A stretch of DNA of 64,000 nucleotides from the human T2T-CHM13v2.0 reference genome, Homo sapiens, in assembly GCF_009914755.1 (NCBI RefSeq), contig NC_060948.1. One strand, written 5' to 3'. Every line of letters begins with the position of its first letter. Position 1 is the stretch's first letter. Under the pieces are notes generated by a model that saw only the letters and a program-made list of their open reading frames with translations, did no database searches and was not told the DNA's origin. Below are positions 19,185 to 38,517 of this stretch, piece after piece. The position numbers and the translations under genes are program-made.

Positions 19185-21305
19185 AGATCCATATTTTTTA
19201 AATGAAAAAAAATTTCAAAGGTACTCTGCTTGGTATAATAATCAAATGTATAAACTGAGGAATAAAACATAACCATGAAACCTACTTATAACTGCATATG
19301 GAAAATACAGAGGATAATTTTTTAAATAACAAATTTTGAAAGCCTTAACTAGTAATTTGAAGAGCTGGCATTTGAAAGGCCAGTATGAATATACCTTCAA
19401 AGCAGCAACACAGGTTCCCCATGAGAAAAAGCAAACACAGGGAAAGTAAAAACACAAAGGTTCAATCTCTTCTGACCTTTGAAAGACACAGCACAGACAG
19501 TGGTCCTTAGGACGAAGAGCAGGAGACCCCTAATTCCGTCACCATGGCGATAGGGCATAAACATTGCTGGGTGAGGGCACAATCCACATTGTGAGGTCCA
19601 ACTGCTGCCAGGAAGACAGGAGTGCTTTTACATAGACCGAAAGGTCATTGAAGGCTCAGAGTTTTGTTTCAAGAACTGAATCCCAAGCCCACACGTTATT
19701 AGGCTGCGCTTCTTAAAACAAGTTATGAGATGGGAAAAAGGGCACCCACAAACATACGTATACATTATGTATATAATAATATACAGTATCATATATATAA
19801 TATATATAACCTATGTATAATATTGTTTTACATCCTGCATCTTATGTTATATATATTGTATAAAATATAATAATTGATAATATCTAAGTTTTATATTTAT
19901 ACAATATGACATATAGTATATATTATAATTTATGACATATATAATATATGTTATATATCATATATAGAATATATTATAAGGTTAATATACGTATTAAATA
20001 TAAATTATACATTATATATATTATATATAATATATCTGTTATATATAATACCCATTATGCATAATATATATATTATGTCTATGTTATATATAGTATAAAA
20101 CAACATATAATAATATATAATTGTATATATAAAATGCGACATATAATATATATTATATTTTATAACATATGTAATATATATTATATATAATACGTTGTAT
20201 GTATAATACCTATATTAAATATATATTATATGACTATGTTATTAATTACATGTCACATGTGTTATATATTATATATTTTACATAGAATATACCGGTTACA
20301 TACAATATATACTATGTTACCTATAATGTATAATTTTTTACATGTAAAATAAAGAATGCAATATATTATGTAAAATTTATAGTATACCATATGTGGAATG
20401 TGATATATATAACATATAATATATGATATATGATATACAGTATATGATATATAACATACAATATATGATTCCTAATATATATGGTATACAATATATATTT
20501 TATGATATGTATTCTATATGTTTTATATTCTGTTATATATAACTATTTGAAATTATATATAACTGTATAATATTTTATGTAAATATGTAATATAATATAT
20601 ATAACTATATAATATATTATATATAACTATATATAATGTTATATATACTTTTATAACATAATTTACATAAAATATCATAATATAATATATATTATATTAT
20701 TTCATATTACATAATATATATTACATATCACCCAATATAACTAACATACATAATATTATAATATAGATTATATTGTGTTATATTAAATATCATATATATC
20801 ATGTATCATATATTCTATAATATATATTACACATTATATATTATGTATGTTGTCTATTATGTGATATATATAACTATATATATAATTATATTTTTATACA
20901 TATAACTAGATAAACATGTAATTCTACATATTTTCATTTATAATATGTAGAATTATATAATCATATATAATTATTTATATTCTATAAAAAATTTTATCAT
21001 TATATAAATTATAATATATAAAAATTATAATATGTACTACAAATATATATATTATATATCATATATGCAATAGTACCTTTGTTATATATCATAATACATA
21101 TAAATGTGTATTATGTTATCTATAATTATATAATTTCATATATAAGTTGTATAATATGTAACATATATTATATATGTTATGTAATATATATAGTATATAT
21201 GAGATGACACAGGATAAATATTATATACTATGACATATAAAATATATGAGGTTATATGTTACATATAAGGCATAGCACATAACATGTAATATATATCATA
21301 TATAA

Positions 21306-21597
<292 letters not shown>

Positions 21598-23701
21598 AGA
21601 TCCATATTCTTTAAATGAAAAAAAATTTCAAAGGTACTCTGCTTGGTACAATAATCAAATGTATAAACTGAGGAATAAAACATAACCATGAAACCTACTT
21701 ATAACTGCATATGGAAAATACAGAGGATAATTTTTTAAATAACATATTTTGAAAGCCTTAACTAGTAATTTGAAGAGCTGGCATTTGAAAGGCCAGTATG
21801 AATATACCTTCAAAGCAGCAACACAGGTTCCCCATGAGAAAAAGCAAACACAGGGAAAGTAAAAACACAAAGGTTCAATCTCTTCTGACCTTTGAAAGAC
21901 ACAGCACAGACAGTGGTCCTTAGGACGAAGAGCAGGAGACCCCTAATTCCGTCACCATGGCGATAGGGCATAAACATTGCTGGGTGAGGGCACAATCCAC
22001 ATTGTGAGGTCCAACTGCTGCCAGGAAGACAGGAGTGCTTTTACATAGACCGAAAGGTCATTGAAGGCTCAGAGTTTTGTTTCAAGAACTGAATCCCAAG
22101 CCCACACGTTATTAGGCTACGCTTCTTAAAACAAGTTATGAGATGGGAAAAAGGGCACCCACAAACATACGTATACATTATGTATATAATAATATACAGT
22201 ATCATATATATAATATATATAACCTATGTATAATATTGTTTTACATCCTGCATCTTATGTTATATATATTGTATAAAATATAATAATTGATAATATATAA
22301 GTTTTATAATTATACAATATGACATATAGTATATATTATAATTTATGACATATATAATATATGTTATATGTCATATATAGAATATATTATACGGTTAACA
22401 TACGTATTAAATATAAATTATACGTTATATATATTATATATAATATATCTGTTATATATAATACCCATTATGCATAATATATATATTATGTCTATGTTAT
22501 ATATAGTATAAAACAACATATAATAATATATAATTGTATATATAAAATGCGACATATAATATATATTATATTTTATAACATATGTAATATATGTTATATA
22601 TTATATATAATACGTTGTATGTATAATACCTATATTAAATATATATTATATGACTATGTTATTAATTACATGTCACATGTGTTATATATTATATATTTTA
22701 CATAGAATATACCGGTTACATACAATATATACTATCTTACCTATAATGTATAATTTATTACCTGTAAAATAAAGATTGCAATATATTATGTAAAATTTAT
22801 AATATACCATATGTGGAATGTCATATATATAACATATAATATATGATATATGATATACAGTATATGATATATAACATACAATATATGATTCCTAATATAT
22901 ATGGTATACAATATATATTTTATGATATGTATTCTATATGTTTTATATTCTGTTATATATAACTATTTGAAATTATATATAACTGTATAATATTTTATGT
23001 AAATATGTAATATAATATATATAATATATAATATATTATATATAACTATATATTATGTTATATATACTTTTATGACATAATTTACATAAAATATCATAAT
23101 ATAATATATATTATATTATTTCATATTACATAATATATATTACATATCACCCAATATAACTAACATACATAATATTATAATATAGATTATATTATGTTAT
23201 ATTAAATATCATATATATCATGTATCATATATTCTATAATATATATTACACATTATATAATATGTATGTTGTCTAATATGTGATAAATATAACTATATAT
23301 ATAATTATATTTTTATACATATAACTAGATAAACCTGTAATTCTACATATTTTCACTTATAATATGTAGAATTATATAATCATATATAATTATTTAGATT
23401 CTATAAAAAATTTTATCATTATATAAATTATAATATATAAAAATTATAATATGTACTACAAATATATATATTATATATCATATATGATATAGTACCTTTG
23501 TTATATATCATAATACATATAAATGTGTATTATGTTATCTATAATTATATAATTTCATATATAAGATGTATAATATGTGTCATATATTATATATGTTATG
23601 TAATATATATAGTATATATAAGATGACACAGGATAAATATTATATACTATGACATATAAAATATATGAGGTTATATGTTACATATAAGGCATAGCACATA
23701 A

Positions 23702-24016
<315 letters not shown>

Positions 24017-26114
24017 AGATCCATATTTTTTAAATGAAAAGAAATTTCAAAGGTACTCTGCTTGGTACAATAATCAAATGTATAAACTGAGGAATAAAAC
24101 ATAACCATGAAACCTACTTATAACTGCATATGGAAAATACAGAGGATAATTTTTTAAATAACATATTTTGAAAGCCTTAACTAGTAATTTGAAGAGTTGG
24201 CATTTGAAAGGCCAGTATGAATATACCTTCAAAGCAGCAACACAGGTTCCCCGTGAGAAAAAGCAAACACAGGGAAAATAAAAACACAAAGGTTCAATCT
24301 CTTCTGACCTTTGAAAGACACAGCACAGACAGTGGTCCTTAGGACGAAGAGCAGGAGACCCCTAATTCCGTCACCATGGCGATAGGGCATAAACATTGCT
24401 GGGTGAGGGCACAATCCACATTGTGAGGTCCAACTGCTGCCAGGAAGACAGGAGTGCTTTTACATAGACCGAAAGGTCATTGAAGGCTCAGAGTTTTGTT
24501 TCAAGAACTGAATCCCAAGCCCACACGTTATTAGGCTGCGCTTCTTAAAACAAGTTATGAGATGGGAAAAAGGGCACCCACAAACATACGTATACATTAT
24601 GTATATAATAATATACAGTATCATATATATAATATATATAACCTATGTATAATATTGTTTTACATCCTGCATCTTATGTTATATATATTGTATAAAGTAT
24701 AATAATTGATAATATATAAGTTTTATAATTATACAATATGACATATAGTATATATTATAATTTATGACATATATAATATATGTTATATGTCATATATAGA
24801 ATATATTATACTGTTAACATACGTATTAAATATAAATTATACATTATATATATTATATATAATATATCTGTTATATATAATACCCATTATGCTTAATATA
24901 TATATTATGTCTATGTTATATATAGTATAAAACAACATATAATAATATATAATTGTATATATAAAATGCGACATATAATATATATTATATTTTATAACAT
25001 ATGTAATATATATTATATATAATACGTTGTATGTATAATACCTATATTAAATATATATTATATGACTATGTTATTAATTACATGTCACATGTGTTATATA
25101 TTATATATTTTACATAGAATATACAGGTTGCATACAATATATACTATGTTACCTATAATGTATAATTTATTACCTGTAAAATAAAGATTGCAATATATTA
25201 TGTAAAATTTATAATATACCATATGTGGAACGTCATATATATAACATATAATATATGATATATGATATACAGTATATGATATATAACATACAATATATGA
25301 TTCCTAATATATATGGTATACAATATATATTTTATGATATGTATTCTATATGTTTTATATTCTGTTATATATAACTATTTGAAATTATATATAACTGTAT
25401 AATATTTTATGTAAATATGTAATATAATATATATAACTATATAATATGTTATATATAACTATATATTATGTTATATATACTTTTATAACATAATTTACAT
25501 AAAATATCATAATATAATATATATTATATTATTTCATATTACATTATATATATTACATATCACCCAATATAACTAACATACATAATATTATAATATAGAT
25601 TATATTGTGTTATATTAAATATCATATATATCATGTATCATATATTCTATAATATATATTACACATTATATAATATGTATGTTGTCTATTATGTGATATA
25701 TATAACTATATATATAATTATATTTTTATACATATAACTAGATAAACATGTAATTCTACATATTTTCATTTATAATATGTAGAATTATATAATCATATAT
25801 AATTATTTATATTCTATAAAAAATTTTATCATTCTATAAATTATAATATATAAAAATTATAATATGTACTACAAATATATATATTATATATCATATATGA
25901 TATAGTACCTTTGTTATATATCATAATACATATAAATGTGTATTATGTTATCTATAATTATATAATTTCATATATAAGATGTATAATATGTATCATATAT
26001 TATATATGTTATGTAATATATATAGTATATATAAGATGACACAGGATAAATATTATATACTATGACATATAAAATATATGAGGTTATATGTTACATATAA
26101 GGCATAGCACATAA

Positions 26115-26429
<315 letters not shown>

Positions 26430-28533
26430 AGATCCATATTTTTTAAATGAAAAGAAATTTCAAAGGTACTCTGCTTGGTACAATATTCAAATGTATAAAC
26501 TGAGGAATAAAACATAACCATGAAACCTACTTATAACTGCATATGGAAAATACAGAGGATAATTTTTTAAATAACATATTTTGAAAGCCTTAACTAGTAA
26601 TTTGAAGAGTTGGCATTTGAAAGGCCAGTATGAATATACCTTCAAAGCAGCAAAACAGGTTCCCCATGAGAAAAAGCAAACACAGGAAAAATAAAAACAC
26701 AAAGGTTCAATCTCTTCTGACCTTTGAAAGACACAGCACAGACAGTGGTCCTTAGGACGAAGAGCAGGAGACCCCTAATTCCGTCACCATGGCGATAGGG
26801 CATAAACATTGCTGGGTGAGGGCACAATCCACATTGTGAGGTCCAACTGCTGCCAGGAAGACAGGAGTGCTTTTACATAGACCGAAAGGTCATTGAAGGC
26901 TCAGAGTTTTGTTTCAAGAACTGAATCCCAAGCCCACACGTTATTAGGCTGCGCTTCTTAAAACAAGTTATGAGATGGGAAAAAGGGCACCCACAAACAT
27001 ACGTATACATTATGTATATAATAATATACAGTATCATATATATAATATATATAACCTATGTATAATATTGTTTTACATCCTGCATCTTATGTTATATATA
27101 TTGTATAAAATATAATAATTGATAATATATAAGTTTTATAATTATACAATATGACATATAGTATATATTATAATTTATGACATATATAATATATGTTATA
27201 TGTCATATATAGAATATATTATACGGTTAACATACGTATTAAATATAAATTATACGTTATATATATTATATATAATATATCTGTTATATATAATACCCAT
27301 TATGCATAATATATATATTATGTCTATGTTATATATAGTATAAAACAACATATAATAATATATAATTGTATATATAAAATGCGACATATAATATATATTA
27401 TATTTTATAACATATGTAATATATGTTATATATTATATATAATACGTTGTATGTATAATACCTATATTAAATATATATTATATGACTATGTTATTAATTA
27501 CATGTCACATGTGTTATATATTATATATTTTACATAGAATATACCGGTTACATACAATATATACTATCTTACCTATAATGTATAATTTATTACCTGTAAA
27601 ATAAAGATTGCAATATATTATGTAAAATTTATAATATACCATATGTGGAATGTCATATATATAACATATAATATATGATATATGATATACAGTATATGAT
27701 ATATAACATACAATATATGATTCCTAATATATATGGTATACAATATATATTTTATGATATGTATTCTATATGTTTTATATTCTGTTATATATAACTATTT
27801 GAAATTATATATAACTGTATAATATTTTATGTAAATATGTAATATAATATATATAATATATAATATATTATATATAACTATATATTGTGTTATATATACT
27901 TTTATGACATAATTTACATAAAATATCATAATATAATATATATTATATTATTTCATATTACATAATATATATTACATATCACCCAATATAACTAACATAC
28001 ATAATATTATAATATAGATTATATTATGTTATATTAAATATCATATATATCATGTATCATATATTCTATAATATATATTACACATTATATAATATGTATG
28101 TTGTCTATTATGTGATAAATATAACTCTATATATAATTATATTTTTATACATGTAACTAGATAAACATGTAATTCTACATATTTTCATTTATAATATGTA
28201 GAATTATATAATCATATATAATTATTTATATTCTATAAAAAATTTTATCATTATATAAATTATAATATATAAAAATTATAATATGTACTACAAATATATA
28301 TATTATATATCATATATGATATAGTACCTTTGTTATATATCATAATACATATAAATGTGTATTATGTTATCTATAATTATATAATTTCATATATAAGATG
28401 TATAATATGTGTCATATATTATATATGTTATGTAATATATATAGTATATATAAGATGACACAGGATAAATATTATATACTATGACATATAAAATATATGA
28501 GGTTATATGTTACATATAAGGCATAGCACATAA

Positions 28534-28848
<315 letters not shown>

Positions 28849-30946
28849 ATTTCCATATTTTTTAAATGAAAAAAAATTTCAAAGGTACTCTGCTTGGTAC
28901 AATAATCAAATGTATAAACTGAGGAATAAAACATAACCATGAAACCTACTTATAACTGCATATGGAAAATACAGAGGATAATTTTTTAAATAACATATTT
29001 TGAAAGCCTTAACTAGTAATTTGAAGAGTTGGCATTTGAAAGGCCAGTATGAATATACCTTCAAAGCAGCAACACAGGTTCCCCGTGAGAAAAAGCAAAC
29101 ACAGGGAAAATAAAAACACAAAGGTTCAATCTCTTCTGACCTTTGAAAGACACAGCACAGACAGTGGTCCTTAGGACGAAGAGCAGGAGACCCCTAATTC
29201 CGTCACCATGGCGATAGGGCATAAACATTGCTGGGTGAGGGCACAATCCACATTGTGAGGTCCAACTGCTGCCAGGAAGACAGGAGTGCTTTTACATAGA
29301 CCGAAAGGTCATTGAAGGCTCAGAGTTTTGTTTCAAGAACTGAATCCCAAGCCCACACGTTATTAGGCTGCGCTTCTTAAAACAAGTTATGAGATGGGAA
29401 AAAGGGCACCCACAAACATACGTATACATTATGTATATAATAATATACAGTATCATATATATAATATATATAACCTATGTATAATATTGTTTTACATCCT
29501 GCATCTTATGTTATATATATTGTATAAAATATAATAATTGATAATATATAAGTTTTATAATTATACAATATGACATATAGTATATATTATAATTTATGAC
29601 ATATATAATATATGTCATATATCATATATAGAATATATTATACGGTTAATATACGTATTAAATATAAATTATACATTATATATATTATATATAATATATC
29701 TGTTATATATAATACCCATTATGCATAATATATATATTATGTCTATGTTATATATAGTATAAAACAACATATAATAATGTATAATTGTATATATAAAATG
29801 CGACATATAATATATATTATATTTTATAACATATGTAATATATATTATATATAATACGTTGTATGTATAATACCTATATTAAATATATATTATATGACTA
29901 TGTTATTAATTACATGTCACATGTGTTATATATTATATATTTTACATAGAATATACCGGTTACATACAATATATACTATGTTACCTATAATGTATAATTT
30001 ATTACATGTAAAATAAAGAATGCAATATATTATGTATAATTTATAATATACCATATGTGGAATGTGATATATATAACATATAATATATGATATATGATAT
30101 ACAGTATTTGATATATAACATACAATATATGATTCCTAATATATATGGTATACAATATATATTTTATGATATGTATTCTATATGTTTTATATTCTGTTAT
30201 ATATAACTATTTGAAATTATATATAACTGTATAATATTTTATGTAAATATGTAATATAATATATATAACTATATAATATATTATATATAACTATATATTA
30301 TGTTATATATACTTTTATAACATAATTTACATAAAATATCATAATATAATATATATTATATTATTTCATATTAGATAATATATATTACATATCACCCAAT
30401 ATAACTAACATACATAATATTATAATATAGATTATATTATGTTATATTAAATATCATATATATCATGTATCATATATTCTATAATAAATATTACACATTA
30501 TATAATATGTATGTTGTCTATCATGTGATATATATAACTCTATATATAATTATATTTTTATACATATAACTAGATAAACATGTAATTCTACATATTTTCA
30601 TTTATAATATGTAGAATTATATAATCATATATAATTATTTATATTCTATAAAAAATTTTATCATTATATAAATTATAATATATAAAAATTATAATATGTA
30701 CTACAAATATATATATTATATATCATATATGATATAGTACCTTTGTTATATATCATAATACATATAAATGTGTATTATGCTATCTATAATTATATAATTT
30801 CATATATAAGATGTATAATATGTATCATATATTATATATGTTATGTAATATATACAGTATATATAAGATGACACAGGATAAATATTATATACTATGACAT
30901 ATAAAATATATGAGGTTATATGTTACATATAAGGCATAGCACATAA

Positions 30947-31261
<315 letters not shown>

Positions 31262-33366
31262 AGATCCATATTTTTTAAATGAAAAAAAATTTCAAAGGTA
31301 CTCTGCTTGGTACAATAATCAAATGTATAAACTGAGGAATAAAACATAACCATGAAACCTACTTATAACTGCATATGGAAAATACAGAGGATAATTTTTT
31401 AAATAACATATTTTGAAAGCCTTAACTAGTAATTTGAAGAGTTGGCATTTGAAAGGCCAGTATGAATATACCTTCAAAGCAGCAACACAGGTTCCCCATG
31501 AGAAAAAGCAAACACAGGGAAAATAAAAACACAAAGGTTCAATCTCTTCTGACCTTTGAAAGACACAGCACAGACAGTGGTCCTTAGGACGAAGAGCAGG
31601 AGACCCCTAATTCCGTCACCATGGCGATAGGGCATAAACATTGCTGGGTGAGGGCACAATCCACATTGTGAGGTCCAACTGCTGCCAGGAAGACAGGAGT
31701 GCTTTTACATAGACCGAAAGGTCATTGAAGGCTCAGAGTTTTGTTTCAAGAACTGAATCCCAAGCCCACACGTTATTAGGCTGCGCTTCTTAAAACAAGT
31801 TATGAGATGGGAAAAAGGGCACCCACAAACATACGTATACATTATGTATATAATAATATACAGTATCATATATATAATATATATAACCTATGTATAATAT
31901 TGTTTTACATCCTGCATCTTATGTTATATATATTGTATAAAATATAATAATTGATAATATATAAGTTTTATATTTATACAATGTGACATATAGTATATAT
32001 TATAATTTATGACATATATAATATATGTTATATATCATATATAGAATATATTATACGGTTAATATACGTATTAAATATAAATTATACATTATATATATTA
32101 TATATAATATATCTGTTATATATAATACCCATTATGCATAATATATATATTATGTCTATGTTATATATAGTATAAAACCACATATAATAATATATAATTG
32201 TATATATAAAATGCGACATATAATATATATTATATTTTATAACATATGTAATATATATTATATATTATATATAATACGTTGTATGCATAATACCTATATT
32301 AAATATATATTATATGACTATGTTATTAATTACATGTCACATGTGTTATATATTATATATTTTACATAGAATATACCGGTTACATACAATATATACTATG
32401 TTACCTATAATGTATAATTTATTACATGTAAAATAAAGAATGCAATATATTATGTATAATTTATAATATACAATATGTGGAATGTGATATATATAACATA
32501 TAATATATGATATATGATATACAGTATATGATATATAACATACAATATATGATTCCTAATATATATGGTATACAATATATATTTTATGATATGTATTCTA
32601 TATGTTTTATATTCTGTTATATATAACTATTTGAAATTATATATAACTGTATACTATTTTATGTAAATATGTAATATAATATATATAACTATATAATATA
32701 TTATATATAACTATATATTATGTTATATATACTTTTATAACATAATTTACATAAAATATCATAACATAATATATACTATATTATTTCATATTACATAATA
32801 TATATTACATATCACCCAATATAACTAACATACATAATATTATAATATAGATTATATTATGTTATATTAAATATCATATATATCATGTATCATATATTCT
32901 ATAATATATATTACACATTATATAATATGTATGTTGTCTATTATGTGATATATATAAATCTATATATAATTTTATTTTTATACATATAACTAGATAAACA
33001 TGTAATTCTACATATTTTCATTTATAATATGTAGAATTATATAATCATATATAATTATTTATATTCTATAAAAAATTTTATCATTATATAAATTATAATA
33101 TATAAAAACTATAATATGTACTACAAATATATATATTATATATCATATATGATATAGTACCTTTGTTATATATCATAATACATATAAATGTGTATTATGT
33201 TATCTATAATTATATAATTTCATATATAAGATGTATAATATGTATCATATATTATATATGTTATGTAATATACATAGTATATATAAGATGACACAGGATA
33301 AATATTATATACTATGACATATAAAATATATCAGGTTATATGTTACATATAAGGCATAGCACATAA

Positions 33367-33681
<315 letters not shown>

Positions 33682-35805
33682 AGATCCATATTTTTTAAAT
33701 GAAAAAAAATTTCAAAGGTACTCTGCTTGGTACAATAATCAAATGTATAAACTGAGGAATAAAACATAACCATGAAACCTACTTATAACTGCATATGGAA
33801 AATACAGAGGATAATTTTTTAAATAACATATTTGAAAGCCTTAACTAGTAATTTGAAGAGCTGGCATTTGAAAGGCCAGTATGAATATACCTTCAAAGCA
33901 GCAACACAGTTTCCCCAAGAGAAAAAGCAAACACAGGGAAAAAAAAACACAAAAGTTCAATCTCTTCTGACCTTTGAAAGACACAGCACAGACAGTGGTC
34001 CTTAGGACGAAGAGCAGGAGACCCCTAATTCCGTCACCATGGCGATAGGGCATAAACATTGCTGGGTGAGGGCACAATCCACATTGTGAGGTCCAACTGC
34101 TGCCAGGAAGACAGGAGTGCTTTTACATAGACCGAAAGGTCATTGAAGGCTCAGAGTTTTGTTTCAAGAACTGAATCCCAAGCCCACACGTTATTAGGCT
34201 GTGCTTCTTAAAGCAAGTTATGAGAAGGGAAAAAGGGCACCCACAAACATACGTATACATTATGTATATAATAATATACAGTATCATATATATAATATAT
34301 ATAACCTATGTATAATATTGTTTTACATCCTGCATCTTATGTTATATATATTGTATAAAATATAATAATTGATAATATATAAGTTTTATATTTATACAAT
34401 ATGACATATAGTATATATTATAATTTATGACATATATAATATATGTTATATATCATATATAGAATATATTATACGGTTAATATACGTATTAAATATAAAT
34501 TATACATTATATATATTATATATAATATATCTGTTATATATAATACCCATTATGCATAATATATATACTATGTCTATGTTATATATAGTATAAAACAACA
34601 TATAATAGTATATAATTGTATATATAAAATGCGACATATTATATATTATATTTTATAACATATGTAATATATATTATATATTATATATAATACGTTGTAT
34701 GTTTAATACCTATATTAAATATATATTATATGACTATGTTATTAATTACATGTCACATGTGTTATATATTATATATTTTACATAGAATATACCGGTTACA
34801 TACAATATATACTATGTTACCTATTATGTATAATTTATTACATGTAAAATAAAGAATGCAATATATTATGTATAATTTATAATATACCATATGTGGAATG
34901 TGATATATATAACATATAATATATGATATATGATATACAGTATATTATATATAACATACAATATATGATTCCTAATATATATGGTATACAATATATATTT
35001 TATGATATGTATTCTATATGTTTTATATTCTGTTATATATAACTATTTGAAATTATATATAACTGTATAATATTTTATGTAAATATGTATTATAATATAT
35101 ATAACTATATAATATATTATATATAACTATATATTATGTTATATATACTTTTATAACATAATTTACATAAAATATCATAACATAATATATATTATATTAT
35201 TTCATATTACATAATATATATTACATATCACCCAATATAACTAACATACATAATATTATAATATAGATTATATTATGTTATATTAAATATCATATATATC
35301 ATGTATCATATATTCTATAATATATATTACACATTATATAATATGTATGTTGTCTATTATGTGATATATATAACTATATATATAATTATATTTTTATACA
35401 TATAACTAGATAAACATGTAATTCTACATATTTTCATTTATAATATGTAGAACTATATAATCATATATAATTATTTATATTCTATAAAAAATTTTATCAT
35501 TATATAAATTATAATATATAAAAATTATAATATGTACTACAAATATATATATTATATATCATATATGCAATAGTACCTTTGTTATATATCATAATACATA
35601 TAAATGTGTATTATGTTATCTATAATTATATAATTTCATATATAAGTTGTATAATATGTAACATATATTATATATGTTATGTAATATATATAGTATATAT
35701 AAGATGACACAGGATAAATATTATATACTATGACATATAAAATATATGAGGTTATATGTTACATATAAGGCATAGCACATAACATGTAATATATATCATA
35801 TATAA

Positions 35806-36097
35806 TTTTTTTTTAGACAGAATCTTGTCCTGTTGCACAGGGTGGGGTACAATGGCGCCATCTTTGCTCACTGCAACTTCTGCCTCATGGGTCCAAGCGA
35901 TTGTCCTCCCTCAGCCTCCCAGGTAGCTGGGACTACACCACACTGGGACTACACCAGCTGCCACCATGCCTAGCTAATTTTTTGGATTTTTAGTAGTGAC
36001 AGCCTTTCACTGTATTGGCCAGGATGGTCTTGATCTCTTCACCTTGTGATCCCCTTGCCTTGGCCTCCAAATTTGCTGGGATTACAGGCCTGAGCCA
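35806..36097 (-). mobile_element. Alu fragment within DYZ2 unit
   Basis: Copy of 1977-2268. Confidence 0.95.
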
Positions 36098-38202
36098 AGA
36101 TCCATATTCTTTAAATGAAAAAAAATTTCAAAGGTACTCTGCTTGGTACAATAATCAAATGTATAAACTGAGGAATAAAACATAACCATGAAACCTACTT
36201 ATAACTGCATATGGAAAATACAGAGGATAATTTTTTAAATAACAAATTTTGAAAGCCTTAACTAGTAATTTGAAGAGCTGGCATTTGAAAGGCCAGTATG
36301 AATATACCTTCAAAGCAGCAACACAGGTTCCCCATGAGAAAAAGCAAACACAGGGAAAGTAAAAACACAAAGGTTCAATCTCTTCTGACCTTTGAAAGAC
36401 ACAGCACAGACAGTGGTCCTTAGGACGAAGAGCAGGAGACCCCTAATTCCGTCACCATGGCGATAGGGCATAAACATTGCTGGGTGAGGGCACAATCCAC
36501 ATTGTGAGGTCCAACTGCTGCCAGGAAGACAGGAGTGCTTTTACATAGACCGAAAGGTCATTGAAGGCTCAGAGTTTTGTTTCAAGAACTGAATCCCAAG
36601 CCCACACGTTATTAGGCTGCGCTTCTTAAAACAAGTTATGAGATGGGAAAAAGGGCACCCACAAACATACGTATACATTATGTATATAATAATATAGAGT
36701 GTCATATATATAATATATATAACCTATGTATAATATTGTTTTACATCCTGCATCTTATGTTATATATATTGTATAAAATATAATAATTGATAATATATAA
36801 GTTTTATATTTATACAATATGACATATAGTATATATTATAATTTATGACATATATAATATATGTTATATATCATATATAGAATATATTATACGGTTAATA
36901 TACGTATTAAATATAAATTATACATTATATATATTATATATAATATATCTGTTATATATAATACCCATTATGCATAATATATATATTATGTATATGTTAT
37001 ATATAGTATAAAACAACATATAATAATATATAATTGTATATATAAAATGCGACATATAATATATATTATATTTTATGACATATGTAATATATATTATATA
37101 TTATATATAATACGTTGTATGTATAATACCTATATTAAATATATATTATATGACTATGTTATTAATTACATGTCACATGTGTTATATATTATTTATTTTA
37201 CATAGAATATACCGGTTACATACAATATATACTATGTTACCTATAATGTATAATTTATTACATGTAAAATAAAGAATGCAATATATTATGTATAATTTAT
37301 AATATACCATATGTGGAATGTGATATATATAACATATAATATATGATATATGATATACAGTATATGATATATAACATACAATATATGATTCCTAATATAT
37401 ATGGTATACTATATATATTTTATGATATGTATTCTATATGTTTTATATTCTGTTATATATAACTATTTGAAATTATATATAACTGTATAATATTTTATGT
37501 AAATATGTAATATAATATATATAACTATATAATATATTATATATAACTATATATTATGTTATATATACTTTTATAACATAATTTACCTAAAATATCATAA
37601 TATAATATATATTATATTATTTCATATTACATAATATATATTACATATCACCCAATATAACTAACATACATAATATTATAATATAGATTATATTGTGTTA
37701 TATTAAATATCATATATATCATGTATCATATATTCTATAATATATATTACACATTATATATTATGTATGTTGTCTATTATGTGATATATATAACTATATA
37801 TATAATTATATTTTTATACATATAACTAGATAAACATGTAATTCTACATATTTTCATTTATAATATGTAGAATTATATAATCATATATAATTATTAATAT
37901 TCTATAAAAAATTTTATCATTATATAAATTATAATATATAAAAATTATAATATGTACTACAAATATATATATTATATATCATATATGCAATAGTACCTTT
38001 GTTATATATCATAATACATATAAATGTGTATTATGTTATCTATAATTATATAATTTCATATATAAGTTGTATAATATGTAACATATATTATATATGTTAT
38101 GTAATATATATAGTATATATAAGATGACACAGGATAAATATTATATACTATGACATATAAAATATATGAGGTTATATGTTACATATAAGGCATAGCACAT
38201 AA

Positions 38203-38517
<315 letters not shown>

